The notes: generated by a model from the sequence alone, not told the origin. A DNA stretch of 64,000 bases from Antedon mediterranea (GCF_964355755.1 NC_092677.1:18746101-18810100); one strand, 5' to 3'; shown: positions 14,001 through 26,443, counted from the first letter of the stretch. Program-made: numbers and translations.

Positions 14001-17000
14001 CAATTTATTTTAGTGTTTCACATTAAAATATAATGTTCACTAATCTAGTATTATTATGTAGAAATACTGAAAGTCATGGGTTCATTTTTTTCTGATAACT
14101 TGAAAGTGCCAGCCAGCATTTGTTTTGATATCATAAAAGGTCTCTAATTAGGTCAAATTTCTATGGTATTGCACTAGTGCCTACATTGAAAAATAATTTA
14201 AGGGGTATTTGGATCATTTGTAGCCTACTGGGTTGAGGTGAATATTGTCACCAAATCAAACATGTAGGCCTACCATAAGGCCTTAGTTTCAAACTAAAGT
14301 TTACAATCAATCCTTGCATTTTTTGTCACTCAGATTTGAATAGTCACTATTGCTTGAAATACTATTTGACTTGGCACAATGTGTGATAATCCTAGTACAA
14401 TCTATTTCAGCTAACAACACCAGAAAGTCTAGAAGTGTGGAAGGTATTTTGGAAAAGCATGGTTTGAAGAAGCATGCCACTACAATGCATTGTGGTCAAT
14501 TACTAGTACTATCAGAGATTAAACATTCTTAAATTATAATTGCCTTTTTGTTTTATCTTTAAAACAGACTTGATTTGAATTTTTGTTGAATTGAATTAAT
14601 ATATTATAATCAAGTATTATGATTTTCTTTTAGCACAAGTATTTATCATCATAAAATCAGTATTTAAAAATAAATGTCTTCTTTTTTCCCTATTCAGGGA
14701 ATTAATTTGTACTCAATCATTCTTACAAATACAATGCACTTGAGCACTATTGATTTAATGTAATGCCATTATACAACCTGCGAATACAATTACAACCACC
14801 ATATTGTTGTGATTACATTATACACATTCAACAACTAGTTACTACCATGCAGTCACTCTTTTTATTAATTAAAATTAATTAATTACATTGCACATTGAAC
14901 AGCATGTTGATTTACAGTAGCCTTGTAATAATATTAACAATGTTGGTTTATTATATTATTACAGGGTGACTTAAATTGTGATTATGTCCAATACCTTTGA
15001 TTTGCATGCTATATATATAACTTAGTTCTCTAGTATTATAAATAATTGTTGCAGTGATACATGGTTACTGTGATTGATAACAAAATTGTTAGAACCAATG
15101 CGTGTAAAACCAATGCGTGTAAAACCAATGCGTGTAAAACCAATGTGTCAAACCAATGTGTGTAAAATCAATGTGTCAAACCAATGTGTGTAAAATCAAT
15201 GTGTCAAACCAATGCGTGTAAAACCAATGCGTGTAAAACCAATGCGTGTAAAACCAATGTGTCAAACCAATGCGTGTAAAACCAATGTGTCAAACCAATG
15301 TGTGTAAAATCAATGTGTCAAACCAATGTGTGTAAAATCAATGTGTCAAACCAATGTGTGTAAAACCAATGTGTGTCAAACCAATGAGTTTTAAACCAAT
15401 GCGTGTCAAACCAATGCATGTAAAACTAATGCGTGTCAAACCAATTTGTGTCAAACCAATGTGTGTCAAACCAATGCATTTTAAACCAATGCGTGTCAAA
15501 CAAATGCGTGTAAAACCAATGTGTGTCAAACCAATGCGTGTAAAACCAATGCGTGTAAAAGCAATGAGTGTAAAAGCAATGTGTGTAAAACCAATGTGTG
15601 TGTTAAAACAACTCTAGAAAGAATGAAAGTGTACAAAACCAATGTGAACCAATATGTGTAAGGCTGATGTATGTACAATCACTATGTGTAATGTGAGTAG
15701 AGTGACTAATGCACATAAAACCAAGTTTTTTCAAACCAATTTGTGCAATGTGTGCAAAACCAATGTGTGTAAAACCACTGTGTTTTAAAACACAATGTGT
15801 AAAAATAATGTGTGTACAACCAATGTGTTTAAAATCAGTATATGTAAAACTTGTGTGTGTAGAACCAATTTGAATAGAACCAATCAATGTATGCAACCAA
15901 TGTGTGTAGACCCAATGTGTGCAAAATCATTCATGTTTGTGGGTGTAACCAATGTGTGTAGACCCAATGTGTGCAAAACTATTCATGTTTGTGGGTGTAA
16001 CCAATGTGTGTAGACCCAATGTGTGCAAAACCATTCATGTCTGTGGGTGTAACCAATGTATGTAGACCCAATGTGTGCAAAACCATTCATGTTTGTGGGT
16101 GTAACCAATGTGTGTAGACCCAATGTGTGCCAAACCATTCATGTCTGTGGGTGTAACCAATGTGTGTAGACCCAATGTGTGCAAAACCATTTATGTTTGT
16201 GGGTGTAACCAATGTGTGTAGACCCAATGTGTGTAAAACTATTCATGTTTGTGGGTGTAACCAATGTATGTAGACCCAATGTGTGCAAAACCATTTATGT
16301 TTGTGGGTGTAACCAATTTGTGTTGACCAAATGTGTGCAAAACCATTCATGTTTGTGGGTGTAACCAATGTATGTAGACCCAATGTGTGCAAAACCATTT
16401 ATGTTTGTGGGTGTAACCAATGTGTGTAGACCCAATGTGTGCAAAACCATTCATGTTTGTGGGTGTAACCAATGTGTGTAGACCCAATGTGTGCAAAACC
16501 ATTTATGTTTGTGGGTGTAACCAATGTATGTAGACCCAATGTGTGCAAAACCATTTATGTTTGTGGGTGTAACCGATGTGTGTAGAACCAATGTGTGCAA
16601 AACCATTCTTGTTTGTTGGTGTAACCAATGTGTGTAGACCCAATGTGTGCAAAACTATTCATGTTTGTGGGTGTAACCAATGTGTGTAGACCCAATGTGT
16701 GCAAAACCATTCATGTCTGTGGGTGTAACCAATGTATGTAGACCCAATGTGTGCAAAACCATTTATGTTTGTGGGTGTAACCGATGTATGTAGACCCAAT
16801 GTGTGCAAAACCATTTATGTTTGTGGGTGTAACCAATGTGTGTAGACCCAATGTGTGCAAAACCATTCATGTTTGTGGGTGTAACCAATGTGTTTAGACC
16901 CAATGTGTGCAAAACTATTCATGTTTGTGGGTGTAACCAATGTATGTAGACCCAATGTGTGCAAAACCATTTATGTTTGTGGGTGTAACCAATGTGTGTA

Positions 17001-20000
17001 GAACCAATGTGTGCAAAACCATTTATGTTTGTGGGTGTAACCGATGTGTGTAGAACCAATGTGTGCAAAACCATTCTTGTTTGTTGGTGTAACCAATGTG
17101 TGTAGACCCAATGTGTGCAAAACTATTCATGTTTGTGGGTGTAACCAATGTGTGTAGACCCAATGTGTGCAAAACCATTCATGTTTGTGGGTGTAACCAA
17201 TGTGTGTAGACCCAATGTGTGCAAAACCATTTATGTTTGTGGGTGTAACCGATGTGTGTAGAACCAATGTGTGCAAAACCATTCATGTTTGTGGGTGTAA
17301 CCAATGTGTGTAGACCCAATGTGTGTAAAACTATTCATGTTTGTGGGTGTAACCAATGTGTGTAGACCCAATGTGTGCAAAACCATTCATGTTTGTGGGT
17401 GTAACCAATGTGTGTAGACCCAATGTGTGTAAAACTATTCATGTTTGTGGGTGTAACCAATGTGTGTAGACCCAATGTGTGCAAAACCATTTATGTTTGT
17501 GGGTGTAACCAATGTGTGTTGACCCAATGTGTGCAAAACCGTTCATGTTTGTGGGTGTAACCAATGTATTTAGACCCAATGTGTGCAAAACCATTCATGT
17601 CTGTGGGTGTAACCAATGTGTGTAGACCCAATGTGTGCAAAACCATTTATGTTTGTGGGTGTAACCGATGTGTGTAGAACCAATGTGTGCAAAACCATTC
17701 ATGTTTGTGGGTGTAACCAATGTGTGTAGACCCAATGTGTGCAAAACTATTCATGTTTGTGGGTGTAACCAATGTGTGTAGACCCAATGTGTGCAAAACC
17801 ATTCATGTCTGTGGGTGTAACCAATGTATGTAGACCCAATGTGTGCAAAACCATTTATGTTTGTGGGTGTAACCAATGTGTGTAGAACCAATGTGTGCAA
17901 AACCATTTATGTTTGTGGGTGTAACCGATGTGTGTAGAACCAATGTGTGCAAAACCATTCTTGTTTGTTGGTGTAACCAATGTGTGTAGACCCAATGTGT
18001 GCAAAACTATTCATGTTTGTGGGTGTAACCAATGTGTGTAGACCCAATGTGTGCAAAACCATTCATGTTTGTGGGTGTAACCAATGTGTGTAGACCCAAT
18101 GTGTGCAAAACCATTTATGTTTGTGGGTGTAACCGATGTGTGTAGAACCAATGTGTGCAAAACCATTCATGTTTGTGGGTGTAACCAATGTGTGTAGACC
18201 CAATGTGTGTAAAACTATTCATGTTTGTGGGTGTAACCAATGTGTGTAGACCCAATGTGTGCAAAACCATTCATGTTTGTGGGTGTAACCAATGTGTGTA
18301 GACCCAATGTGTGTAAAACTATTCATGTTTGTGGGTGTAACCAATGTGTGTAGACCCAATGTGTGCAAAACCATTTATGTTTGTGGGTGTAACCAATGTG
18401 TGTTGACCCAATGTGTGCAAAACCGTTCATGTTTGTGGGTGTAACCAATGTATTTAGACCCAATGTGTGCAAAACCATTCATGTCTGTGGGTGTAACCAA
18501 TGTGTGTAGACCCAATGTGTGCAAAACCATTTATGTTTGTGGGTGTAACCGATGTGTGTAGAACCAATGTGTGCAAAACCATTCATGTTTGTGGGTGTAA
18601 CCAATGTGTGTAGACCCAATGTGTGCAAAACTATTCATGTTTGTGGGTGTAACCAATGTGTGTAGACCCAATGTGTGCAAAACCATTTATGTTTGTGGGT
18701 GTAACCAATGTGTGTTGACCCAATGTGTGCAAAACCATTCATGTTTGTGGGTGTAACCAATGTGTTTAGACCCAATGTGTGCAAAATTATTCATGTTTGT
18801 GGGTGTAACCAATGTGTGTAGACCCAATGTGTGCAAAACCATTCATGTCTGTGGGTGTAACCAATGTGTGTAGACCCAATGTGTGCAAAACTATTCATGT
18901 TTGTGGGTGTAACCAATGTATGTAGACCCAATGTGTGCAAAACCATTTATGTTTGTGGGTGTAACCAATGTGTGTAGACCCAATGTGTGCAAAACCATTC
19001 ATGTCTGTGGGTGTAACCAATGTATGTAGACCCAATGTGTGCAAAACCATTTATGTTTGTGGGTGTAACCGATGTGTGTAGAACCAATGTGTGCAAAACC
19101 ATTCTTGTTTGTTGGTGTAACCAATGTGTGTAGACCCAATGTGTGCAAAACTATTCATGTTTGTGGGTGTAACCAATGTGTGTAGACCCAATGTGTGCAA
19201 AACTATTCATGTTTGTGGGTGTAACCAATGTGTGTAGACCCAATGTGTGCAAAACCATTCATGTTTGTGGGTGTAACCAATGTGTGTAGACCCAATGTGT
19301 GCAAAACCATTTATGTTTGTGGGTGTAACCAATGTGTGTAGACCCAATGTGTGCAAAACCATTCATGTTTGTGGGTGTAACCAATGTGTGTAGACCCAAT
19401 GTGTGCAAAACCATTCATGTTTGTGGGTGTAACCAATGTATGTAGACCCAATGTGTGCAAAACCATTCATGTTTGTGGGTGTAACCAATGTGTGTAGACC
19501 CAATGTGTGCAAAACCATTCATGTTTGTGGGTGTAACCAATGTGTGTAGACCCAATGTGTGCAAAACCATTCATGTTTGTGGGTGTAACCAATGTGTGTA
19601 GACCCAATGTGTGCAAAACCATTCATGTTTGTGGGTGTAACCAATGTATGTAGACCCAATGTGTGCAAAACCATTCATGTTTGTGGGTGTAACCAATGTG
19701 TGTAGACCCAATGTGTGCAAAACCATTCATGTTTGTGGGTGTAACCAATGTGTGTAGACCCAATGTGTGCAAAACCATTTATGTTTGTGGGTGTAACCAA
19801 TGTGTGTAGACCCAATGTGTGCAAAACCATTTATGTTTGTGGGTGTAACCGATGTGTGTAGAACCAATGTGTGCAAAACCATTTATGTTTGTGGGTGTAA
19901 CCAATGTGTGTAGACCCAATGTGTGCAAAACCATTTATGTTTGTGGGTGTAACCAATGTGTGTAGACCCAATGTGTGCAAAACCATTCATGTTTGTTGGT

Positions 20001-23000
20001 GTAACCAATGTGTGTAGACCCAATGTGTGCAAAACCATTCATGTTTGTGGGTGTAACCAATGTGTTTAGACCCAATGTGTGCAAAATTATTCATGTTTGT
20101 GGGTGTAACCAATGTGTGTAGACCCAATGTGTGCAAAACCATTTATGTTTGTGGGTGTAACCGATGTGTGTAGAACCAATGTGTGCAAAACCATTCATGT
20201 TTGTGGGTGTAACCAATGTGTGTAGACCCAATGTGTGCAAAACTATTCATGTTTGTGGGTGTAACCAATGTGTGTAGACCCAATGTGTGCAAAACCATTC
20301 ATGTTTGTGGGTGTAACCGATGTGTGTAGACCCAATGTGTGCAAAACCATTTATGTTTGTGGGTGTAACCAATGTGTGTAGACCCAATGTGTGCAAAACC
20401 ATTCATGTTTGTGGGTGTAACCAATGTATTTAGACCCAATGTGTGCAAAATTATTCATGTTTGTGGGTGTAACAAATGTGTGTAGAACCAATGTGTGTTA
20501 AACCAGATTTAAATGTTCAAGATGTGTGCAAAACCAATGCTTGTAAAACCAATGAGTGTAAAATCAATGCATGTACAACCAAAGTTTTTTAAAACCTGTG
20601 TGTAAATACTACGTTGCAAAACATGTATGTATGTAAAATCAATGTTTTGACCATTAGAAAAGAGCCTTACACAGTAACTAAAAATACCTGACATTTTAAA
20701 AAGAAGATAAGACAAACTAAAAATACATAAGAATAGGATTAAACGCCAAATTCATTTTATTTGACCTACAGTTTACTCTCTATGTTTCTTATGTTTCAAT
20801 TGTTTAAAAAAAACTGAATTGCCAAGAATTGTTAAAAGGTTAAACAGCTGTAAACATAAATACGAGATTTTTATCTGACAACACTTAAACAACAAAAAAA
20901 TATATATGTATATTTATTTGCAAGATAAGATATAAACAGATTACTCATATCTTTAGAGAATTCTTAGAAGACGTTGAAGTCTCTTTCCCTGGTTTGTTCC
21001 CATAATAATGTTTATAAACCACTAATTCTGTTTATTAAAAAGCAATTGAATATTGAGTCACAGTGTAAACAGGCGGAAGAGTGGGATGATGCTACACCTA
21101 TTTAAAACATAATTTATTATACAAAATATTGTATAAATATACATTTAAGTCTTTTATCAAGCTATGATAAATGTGACTCAATGTGTTATTGAATAGATTT
21201 ATAATTGCTTGGAGACTAGGTCAATTCAGAGCATATTAATAACATAGAAAAATAAATACTAATTGCATTTGAATGTCTGAAAACTATGTTCATGTGTTCG
21301 GTTTGTTTTAATTTGCTTCATACAATATAGTAGTAGACAACTGCTTAATTTCAAGTATGAGTGGGCCACCAATATGATGAAATAAATAAAGTATTACTTT
21401 TTTAAAGATATAGTCTTTTCAAAATAAATAAGAAGCAAATCATGAAAAACAATATACAAATTTATCTGTTGATGAATGTGTGATAATTTAGCATTGTTTC
21501 ACTCTTCAATCCCTGTTAAACACAGCCCTGCCATTCACATGTACTATCTTCACTTCATTTTAAAATGTTTATCTTAAAGCCCCATTCCCTACGTTTTTTA
21601 GATCTAATTTAAGATCACAAACTATATTTAATGTAAAAATAATACTATATGGTCCTATTGCCATAACTTTTTTCGTCTTTAAACGGTTAAAAATGTGAAA
21701 AATAAATCGATTCTAATAATTATAGCGGCCCGCTATAAATCCCAAAATGCATTGCGCGCGGATTGATATTTTTGTTTTTCACCTGTAATTCGCCCACTTT
21801 TCGATCGATCGTGAAGCCAAAACAAATGGAAGACTCCTAACTTTTCAGCGAAAATACCGGGTTTTCCCCAAATTGTATCAACGGAGTCTGGCAAAAATAG
21901 AAAGACAATTAATGCAGCAACTATACAACGTCAGGCTAGGTATATAGCTAGCGTACGATGTTCGTACGTTATCGATGTTTACCAGCTAGGCCTACAAAAC
22001 TAAGCCTAGCTAGGCTAGGCCTAAGACCGTCCACGAGAGGTCGATCGCCGCAAGCTACTTAGGTAGTGCATTGTTTCTCACTTTTTATCATAATTTACTA
22101 TAAAACGTACATTTAAGACAAGGAATGACATGGTTTAATGTTTTTAAAGTGATATATATGTATTATTTTCCAAAAAACGTCCAAAATTGCAGGGAAGGGG
22201 TCTTTAAATATCAGTCTGAATATGTTGTTTTTGTTTTTATGCATTTCACTATTAAATCTAACTTTGTTTTCTTGTGTCCAGAATGCAATGATAGTTTTGC
22301 ATACTGTCCAGCCTGGGCCAAAGATGGAGGATGCTCATCACAGCCAGAGTGGATGGGAAGAAACTGTCGTTTGAGTTGCAACACATGTACAGTTAAATAC
22401 AATGGGACTATGGGTATGTTAAACAAAATAAAGCTGAACATTCAATTTAAAGCAAAAAAACCGCGGCTCCGAACTGTTATGAAAGGTGGCAGCATATGAG
22501 ACGAGAAGTCTAGCCAATAAAGTATCAAACTTTTATTATTCACCTTTAATGTAAAATATTTCATAGCAAAGAAATATCTTTTTAAATTTGTGGGGGGGTC
22601 AAAATTTGAGATCAGTTGCTCTCCCTGACCCACCACCACCTCCTCCTCTTCCCCCCGTTCCCACGCCGCTGACGGACGGCCTTTAAATTTTCCAGGCACT
22701 GTAATTATATTTTAATAACATTTAACGTTTCTATTAGGCTTTGAATAAAGTAATCATTTGTAATTACATTTCAGAATGCATAGATGGTTCTAAAGAATGC
22801 CAATTTTGGGCTCTGAAAGGGAGATGTACGAGAGATGTTAAAGAAATTCCTTATCAGTGTCCAAGGAGCTGTCAATTGTGTTCAAATCCTAAAGACAATG
22901 GTAATTATTTGGTGGGGTTTCTGTAATTGTTCTGTAATTGTAATATCTACTGCACGCACATTTAACGACCCCTTTCTCAATATATACATAATACAGAAAT

Positions 23001-23346
23001 AGTGATGGTGTTGGGCAATTTATTTAGGCTTGAAGATGCTTTAATGTGTTATCTGTTCTAGCTCTCTGTTTAGTTTAGTATTATGACGTAGAATGCATAG
23101 AATAGAACTCTCTGGAAAATGTTGTCCTGGTCATCCTATTTCTGACTGTATTAACTAAAATCACACAAAACTTCTCTTTTCCTTACAGAATGTAAAAATT
23201 ACAGTAAAAGATGCAAAGTATGGGCCACAACCAACTGGTGCAAGGCAAACCCAGCATTTATGAGCCGATTCTGTGGACACAGTTGTCGAACTTGTAAAAA
23301 AATTAAGAAAGCTAAAAAGAAATTGGGCAGACATAATCAAATATAA
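1..23346 (+). CDS. Multi-ShK (ShKT) domain protein, 5'-incomplete, 12 coding exons in window
   Basis: Twelve exons each encode the C-x2-D-x4-C-x2-W-x4-C-x6-M-x3-C-x2-S/T-C-x2-C ShK pattern with minor variation; all are bounded by AG/GT; internal exon lengths are multiples of 3; the frame stays open to TAA at 23344-23346. Confidence 0.93.
652..885 (+). CDS. ShK exon B: DCRDYHPNCERWAKTGECHVNKWMLGYCKLSCQHC plus long linker ending EKKTYDPK
   Basis: Acceptor TTCAG ends at 651; 234 nt open; donor GT at 886 (this donor is less certain than the others). Confidence 0.85.
1471..2058. mobile_element. Diverged TTAA-targeting MITE (Kolobok-like)
   Basis: TTAA on both sides; imperfect TIRs AGGCCAGGTGCGGGCA / TGCCTGTAGCTGAGCT (about 11/16 match). 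Confidence 0.45.
3094..3222 (+). CDS. ShK exon C: GCRDKNKKCATWAKQGECKDNQGWMHNNCPVSCDTCGIPDPTI
   Basis: TAG acceptor, 129 nt, GTAAGT donor. Confidence 0.92.
4225..4300 (+). mobile_element. tRNA-derived (SINE-like) head
   Basis: A-box-like GGCTCGGTGGTTTAGAGG and B-box-like GGTTCGAGTCTC; no clean cloverleaf. Confidence 0.5.
4716..4844 (+). CDS. ShK exon D: ACEDRHSRCLEWAKDGNCMTNQEYMKKTCPSSCMVCKTDIFPM
   Basis: Polypyrimidine tract plus CAG, 129 nt, GTTAGT donor. Confidence 0.92.
4890..4990. repeat. Short foldback/MITE remnant
   Basis: GCAGTATCGTGTC ... GACACGATACTGC 13-bp inverted repeat. Confidence 0.5.
6915..7049. mobile_element. Small palindromic MITE
   Basis: TGTCTACACTATCAAA / TTTGATAGTGTAGACA 16-bp perfect inverted repeat. 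Confidence 0.65.
7427..7555 (+). CDS. ShK exon E: ECADRHSYCSQWAESGQCEGTIGWMRLHCPVSCNACVVAGTNI
   Basis: TAG acceptor, 129 nt, GTAGGT donor. Confidence 0.9.
7925..9149 (+). mobile_element. Non-autonomous Helentron/HINE-like element (copy A), intronic
   Basis: 5' hairpin GGTTATCCGC(7927)..GCGGATAACC(7951), poly-T tract, 3' subterminal GCGGATAACC (9106-9115), hairpin AACTCGTC..GACGAGTT, terminal CTAG-TT; homologous to copies at 35-42.5 kb. Confidence 0.82.
9350..9896. mobile_element. Kolobok-like MITE
   Basis: Perfect 16-bp TIR AGATGTATTGTCCCTT / AAGGGACAATACATCT flanked by TTAA on both sides. Confidence 0.85.
10043..10207 (+). CDS. ShK exon F: RCTDSDKKCTEWAKNGECTNNPDWMVRKCKLSCKQC plus Pro-rich linker
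   Basis: TAG acceptor, 165 nt, GTAAGT donor. Confidence 0.92.
11008..11139 (+). CDS. ShK exon G: DCEDTTHKCVGWAKKGDCEKNPKWMKPNCPLSCNSCSIIPTLVA
   Basis: TTTCAG acceptor, 132 nt, GTATT donor; lies within ORF 10953..11225. Confidence 0.92.
11870..11998 (+). CDS. ShK exon H: GCRDVQRKCPMWAEKGDCLTNPNFMFPNCPLSCNSCNDTSYDP
   Basis: AAG acceptor, 129 nt, GTAAT donor; lies within ORF 11851..12084. Confidence 0.92.
12001..12600 (+). repeat. 47-bp purine-rich minisatellite (about 12 copies, decaying to ~12830)
   Basis: Unit GATAATGAGAAAGAGGTGCAAAGGAAGAATGGAATGATGGTAATGTT; begins immediately after the exon H donor. Confidence 0.95.
13004..13141 (+). CDS. ShK exon I: GCIDKTRRCKALSDKGDCQSNRKWMKKNCPLTCNTCTDVKGKASKP
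   Basis: CAG acceptor, 138 nt, GTAAGT donor. Confidence 0.92.
15093..15602 (+). repeat. 13/15-bp minisatellite AAAACCAATG(C/T)GTGT
   Basis: Visible tandem array; decays to ~15895. Confidence 0.95.
15896..20500 (+). repeat. 52-bp intronic satellite (about 88 copies by length)
   Basis: Unit AACCAATGTGTGTAGACCCAATGTGTGCAAAACCATTCATGTTTGTGGGTGT; period 52 (15947 to 15999). Confidence 0.97.
21578..22203. mobile_element. Kolobok-like MITE
   Basis: TTAA on both sides; TIR AGCCCCATTCCCTAC / GCAGGGAAGGGGTCT (imperfect). Confidence 0.72.
22282..22413 (+). CDS. ShK exon J: KCNDSFAYCPAWAKDGGCSSQPEWMGRNCRLSCNTCTVKYNGTM
   Basis: CAG acceptor, 132 nt, GTATGT donor. Confidence 0.92.
22775..22900 (+). CDS. 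ShK exon K: ECIDGSKECQFWALKGRCTRDVKEIPYQCPRSCQLCSNPKDN
   Basis: TTTCAG acceptor, 126 nt, GTAAT donor. Confidence 0.9.
23189..23346 (+). CDS. Terminal ShK exon L: ECKNYSKRCKVWATTNWCKANPAFMSRFCGHSCRTCKKIKKAKKKLGRHNQI*
   Basis: Strong polypyrimidine tract plus CAG; in-frame TAA at 23344-23346. Confidence 0.9.
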
Positions 23347-24592
23347 AATTTCTTTCTGCTTTCAGGATATGGTTGTTTCAGCAATTTTTATTCTCTATTC
23401 ATGTCTATTAACTTTTATTCATATAATCAACATACCTGCCAAACCCTGGGTTTAAAAATCTGTTGAAATTTTAGAATCTGGAGATTAAAAAAAAAAATTG
23501 AATAAGACTATCCAATAACGATGCAAAAAAACTAATATTTGCTGCCCTCAATCTGTTGAATAGTTGGCCGTTGGTGGCTTTTTGTTTATTTGTTTGTGAA
23601 ATGCACAATAATAATCAAAATCATTCAAATGTATTAATAAATCAGGGAATTTTGTAGGACATTTGTGAAACCAGTGAAATATATGATAAAACCAGAAAAT
23701 CGCAATAATGTAACAAGTTGGGTCAAATCTTTGTAGCAATAGCATAGTTTTTTAATTTATCAATTGAACGAGCACCAACGCTCTTTTGGTTTCACAGATC
23801 CTTGCTGTTTTTTTAACATACTTATTTGTGGCTTTCTATATTTGTTACAATAAGAAAGTTTCCTTCAAGTATGTTATCAAGCAATAATTAATTTTAACTA
23901 TGTTAAATATTAAAAATAGTCATGAAAAAGTTTACACTTACAGGCTAGGTTTTACTAGCATACTAATTAAAAGTTTGTACTGTTCACAGTTCATAATACA
24001 TAATGTTAAACATATACCAAAATACAACCACTTGCCTATAATGCATAGCATATCATTTATTTACATTCAATATTTATACATGGACAAATTCACTGGTAAA
24101 ACACATTTTCAAAAAATATTAAAAAGCAAAGATAAGCAAATGGCAGACAAATCATTCATCATTGTCACCTGACTGAGTCACCTGACAATACACTAGCTTC
24201 TCTCTTGAGCGCCATATATTACAAGCTACAGTGTATACAGGGAATACATCTGTTTTATCTGTAATTCACAAAATAATTTCGATTTTTCTAAAATCTCATA
24301 ATACACAAGCAAGTGAACATTAGCAGGTTTAATAGAGGGGAAGCTTTAATTGAGGGGGAGTTTTAAAGGGGGGAGGGGGAGGGATATGTTCAAAAGAGAA
24401 GATATGGTTTAAAGTAAGGGGTAGTTTTAAAGGAGATTTAGGAGGAGGCCGGTATACAAGTTGAAAACAAGACAAATGTAAACACCTTTCATCCCAGCCA
24501 ATCCCTGTGGGGACTGAGATTCACATACTACAAAAATGTATTTCTTAGTGATTTACTTAAAAACAACTTATTGTATGCCCGCTTGTTAAAAC

Positions 24593-25282
24593 CATGGATT
24601 AAGGAATAGAAGGATAAGCATCTCAGTTTGAGATCAAAGCTTCCATGACGTTAACTGACAGAGCAGTTTTGATTCGATTACGCCAAGTGATTGGCTGTGA
24701 TATGGATGACATAACCACTAGGCAATCACCAGGCACTACATATCAAATATAATCATAATTAAGGAGATTCATGAAGAAACCAATGCTTATAGCCATATAT
24801 TAATTAAAAACACGTTTGTTATATTTCAAACAACTGCACACAGTAACGACATACTGTACATGGTCAAACGCATAATTTAATATTCTAAAGATTAACACAA
24901 TTTTTAATTTCAGGAGGTTGCAGGACAATATGCAACTTCAAATATTACAAAACTACTTAAAATTATGGTCGTAAGAAAGTGAACTTTTTGTAGTCTGATT
25001 GTGATGAAATTTTAAAAAAATGTCTCAGCAATATCTTGTTGTTGTCAATCATCGACACAGACATCTCAATAAAAAAAAATCAGACTGCACATACGATTTC
25101 TACATGGCTACGTTTTGTTCTCAAAAAATGTAACAGTTGATTCGCAGCATCCTATAGAGGGCCCCGGTTAGAGACACAGAGTTCAAATAGCATGTTTGTT
25201 TGATTGGCAGCAGTGCTTTAGTATAGGCGAGCGTTTGGAAAATGTCACCGCCGATGCGTATCCTTCTATTCTTTAATCCATG
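24593..25282. mobile_element. MITE with 30-bp TIRs and 7-bp TSD (P-element-like termini)
   Basis: CATGGATTAAGGAATAGAAGGATAAGCATC / GATGCGTATCCTTCTATTCTTTAATCCATG; TTAAAAC duplicated at 24586-24592 and 25283-25289. Confidence 0.85.
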
Positions 25283-26079
25283 TTAAAACTACCATCTGCC
25301 GGTTCTTTAGCAACTTTTTCCACGACCAATAATAGCACAGTTGGTATTTTATTGCAATTAACTTTGTCACCTAAAACCATAGATTAAATTTATTTTCTAG
25401 CTCTAACCATGCAATGCTTTGAATGGTATTGTTAGGATATATGTTACATAAGTTTTTAATCGGGCCACCATGTGTTCTCTCAACACAGCTGGCTGTGTCA
25501 ACCATAATGCAACTGCCCTCCATCAGCTTCTATTTTTAAGAAATAACATGAAAACCATCAAAAAACATTAAAATACACATTTTGTATGAATTCTTATACA
25601 CGTACGTTATCACCTTTTAAAAATGTGTACATTGCTTGTGTGTACTGTATTGTAATTTATATATTATCATCAGTAATTATTACTGTATTACATTTAAGTT
25701 TTATTAATATTTTATATTATAAATTATGTTGTTTTTGGTATTTTCTATTGTTGCGTCCATATTTTAAGTATTTAAGTTAAGTTTGTACATTATTCACATT
25801 TTGTTCATATTATAAGCTGATGTGCTTTAATTTGTTTCTATATGTGGTCAAGTGATAAATGAAATTTGCAAATGATAAAAACTACTATTACTACTATTTT
25901 TTCCAGTGATTTTTATTACAGTTAATCTTTTGAAAGCTTATCAACAAAGTAAGATTTTCATACTTTGAATACAAAGGATAGCAATGACACTAAAGCTATG
26001 CTTAGAAAGTAGAGACCATTCACATGTATGGACTTGGTAGGCTAAGAGTGTGAACCACCTGCTATATGAAACAATACTC

Positions 26080-26443
26080 ATAATATTGGTTGACTTATAA
26101 TATTGGTTGACTTAATATTGGTTGACTTAATATTGGTTGACTTAATATTGGTTGACTTATAATATTGGTTGACTTAATATTGGTTGACTTAATATTGGTT
26201 GACTTATAATATTGGTTGACTTAATATTGGTTGACTTAATATTGGTTGACTTATAATATTGGTTGACTTATAATATTGGTTGACTTATAATATTGGTTGA
26301 CTTAATATTGGTTGACTTAATATTGGAATTGACTTATAATATTGGTTGACTTAATATTGGTTGACTTAATATTGGAATTGACTTATAATATTGGTTGACT
26401 TATAATATTGGTTGACTTATAATATTGGTTGACTTATAATATT
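26080..26443 (+). repeat. 15/17-bp minisatellite TAATATTGGTTGACT(TA)
   Basis: Visible tandem array. Confidence 0.95.

Noticed and set aside
15338-16013. Cys/Met-rich repetitive ORFs (MCVKP repeats)
   Set aside because: Translations of the 15-bp minisatellite, broken by 13-bp units; no splice support.
15896-20500. CRISPR-like regular array
   Set aside because: No unique spacers; contiguous near-identical 52-bp units in a eukaryotic intron; no cas genes.
23636-23641. AATAAA as the poly(A) signal of the ShK gene
   Set aside because: Plausible, but the hexamer is frequent in AT-rich DNA and there is no transcript evidence.
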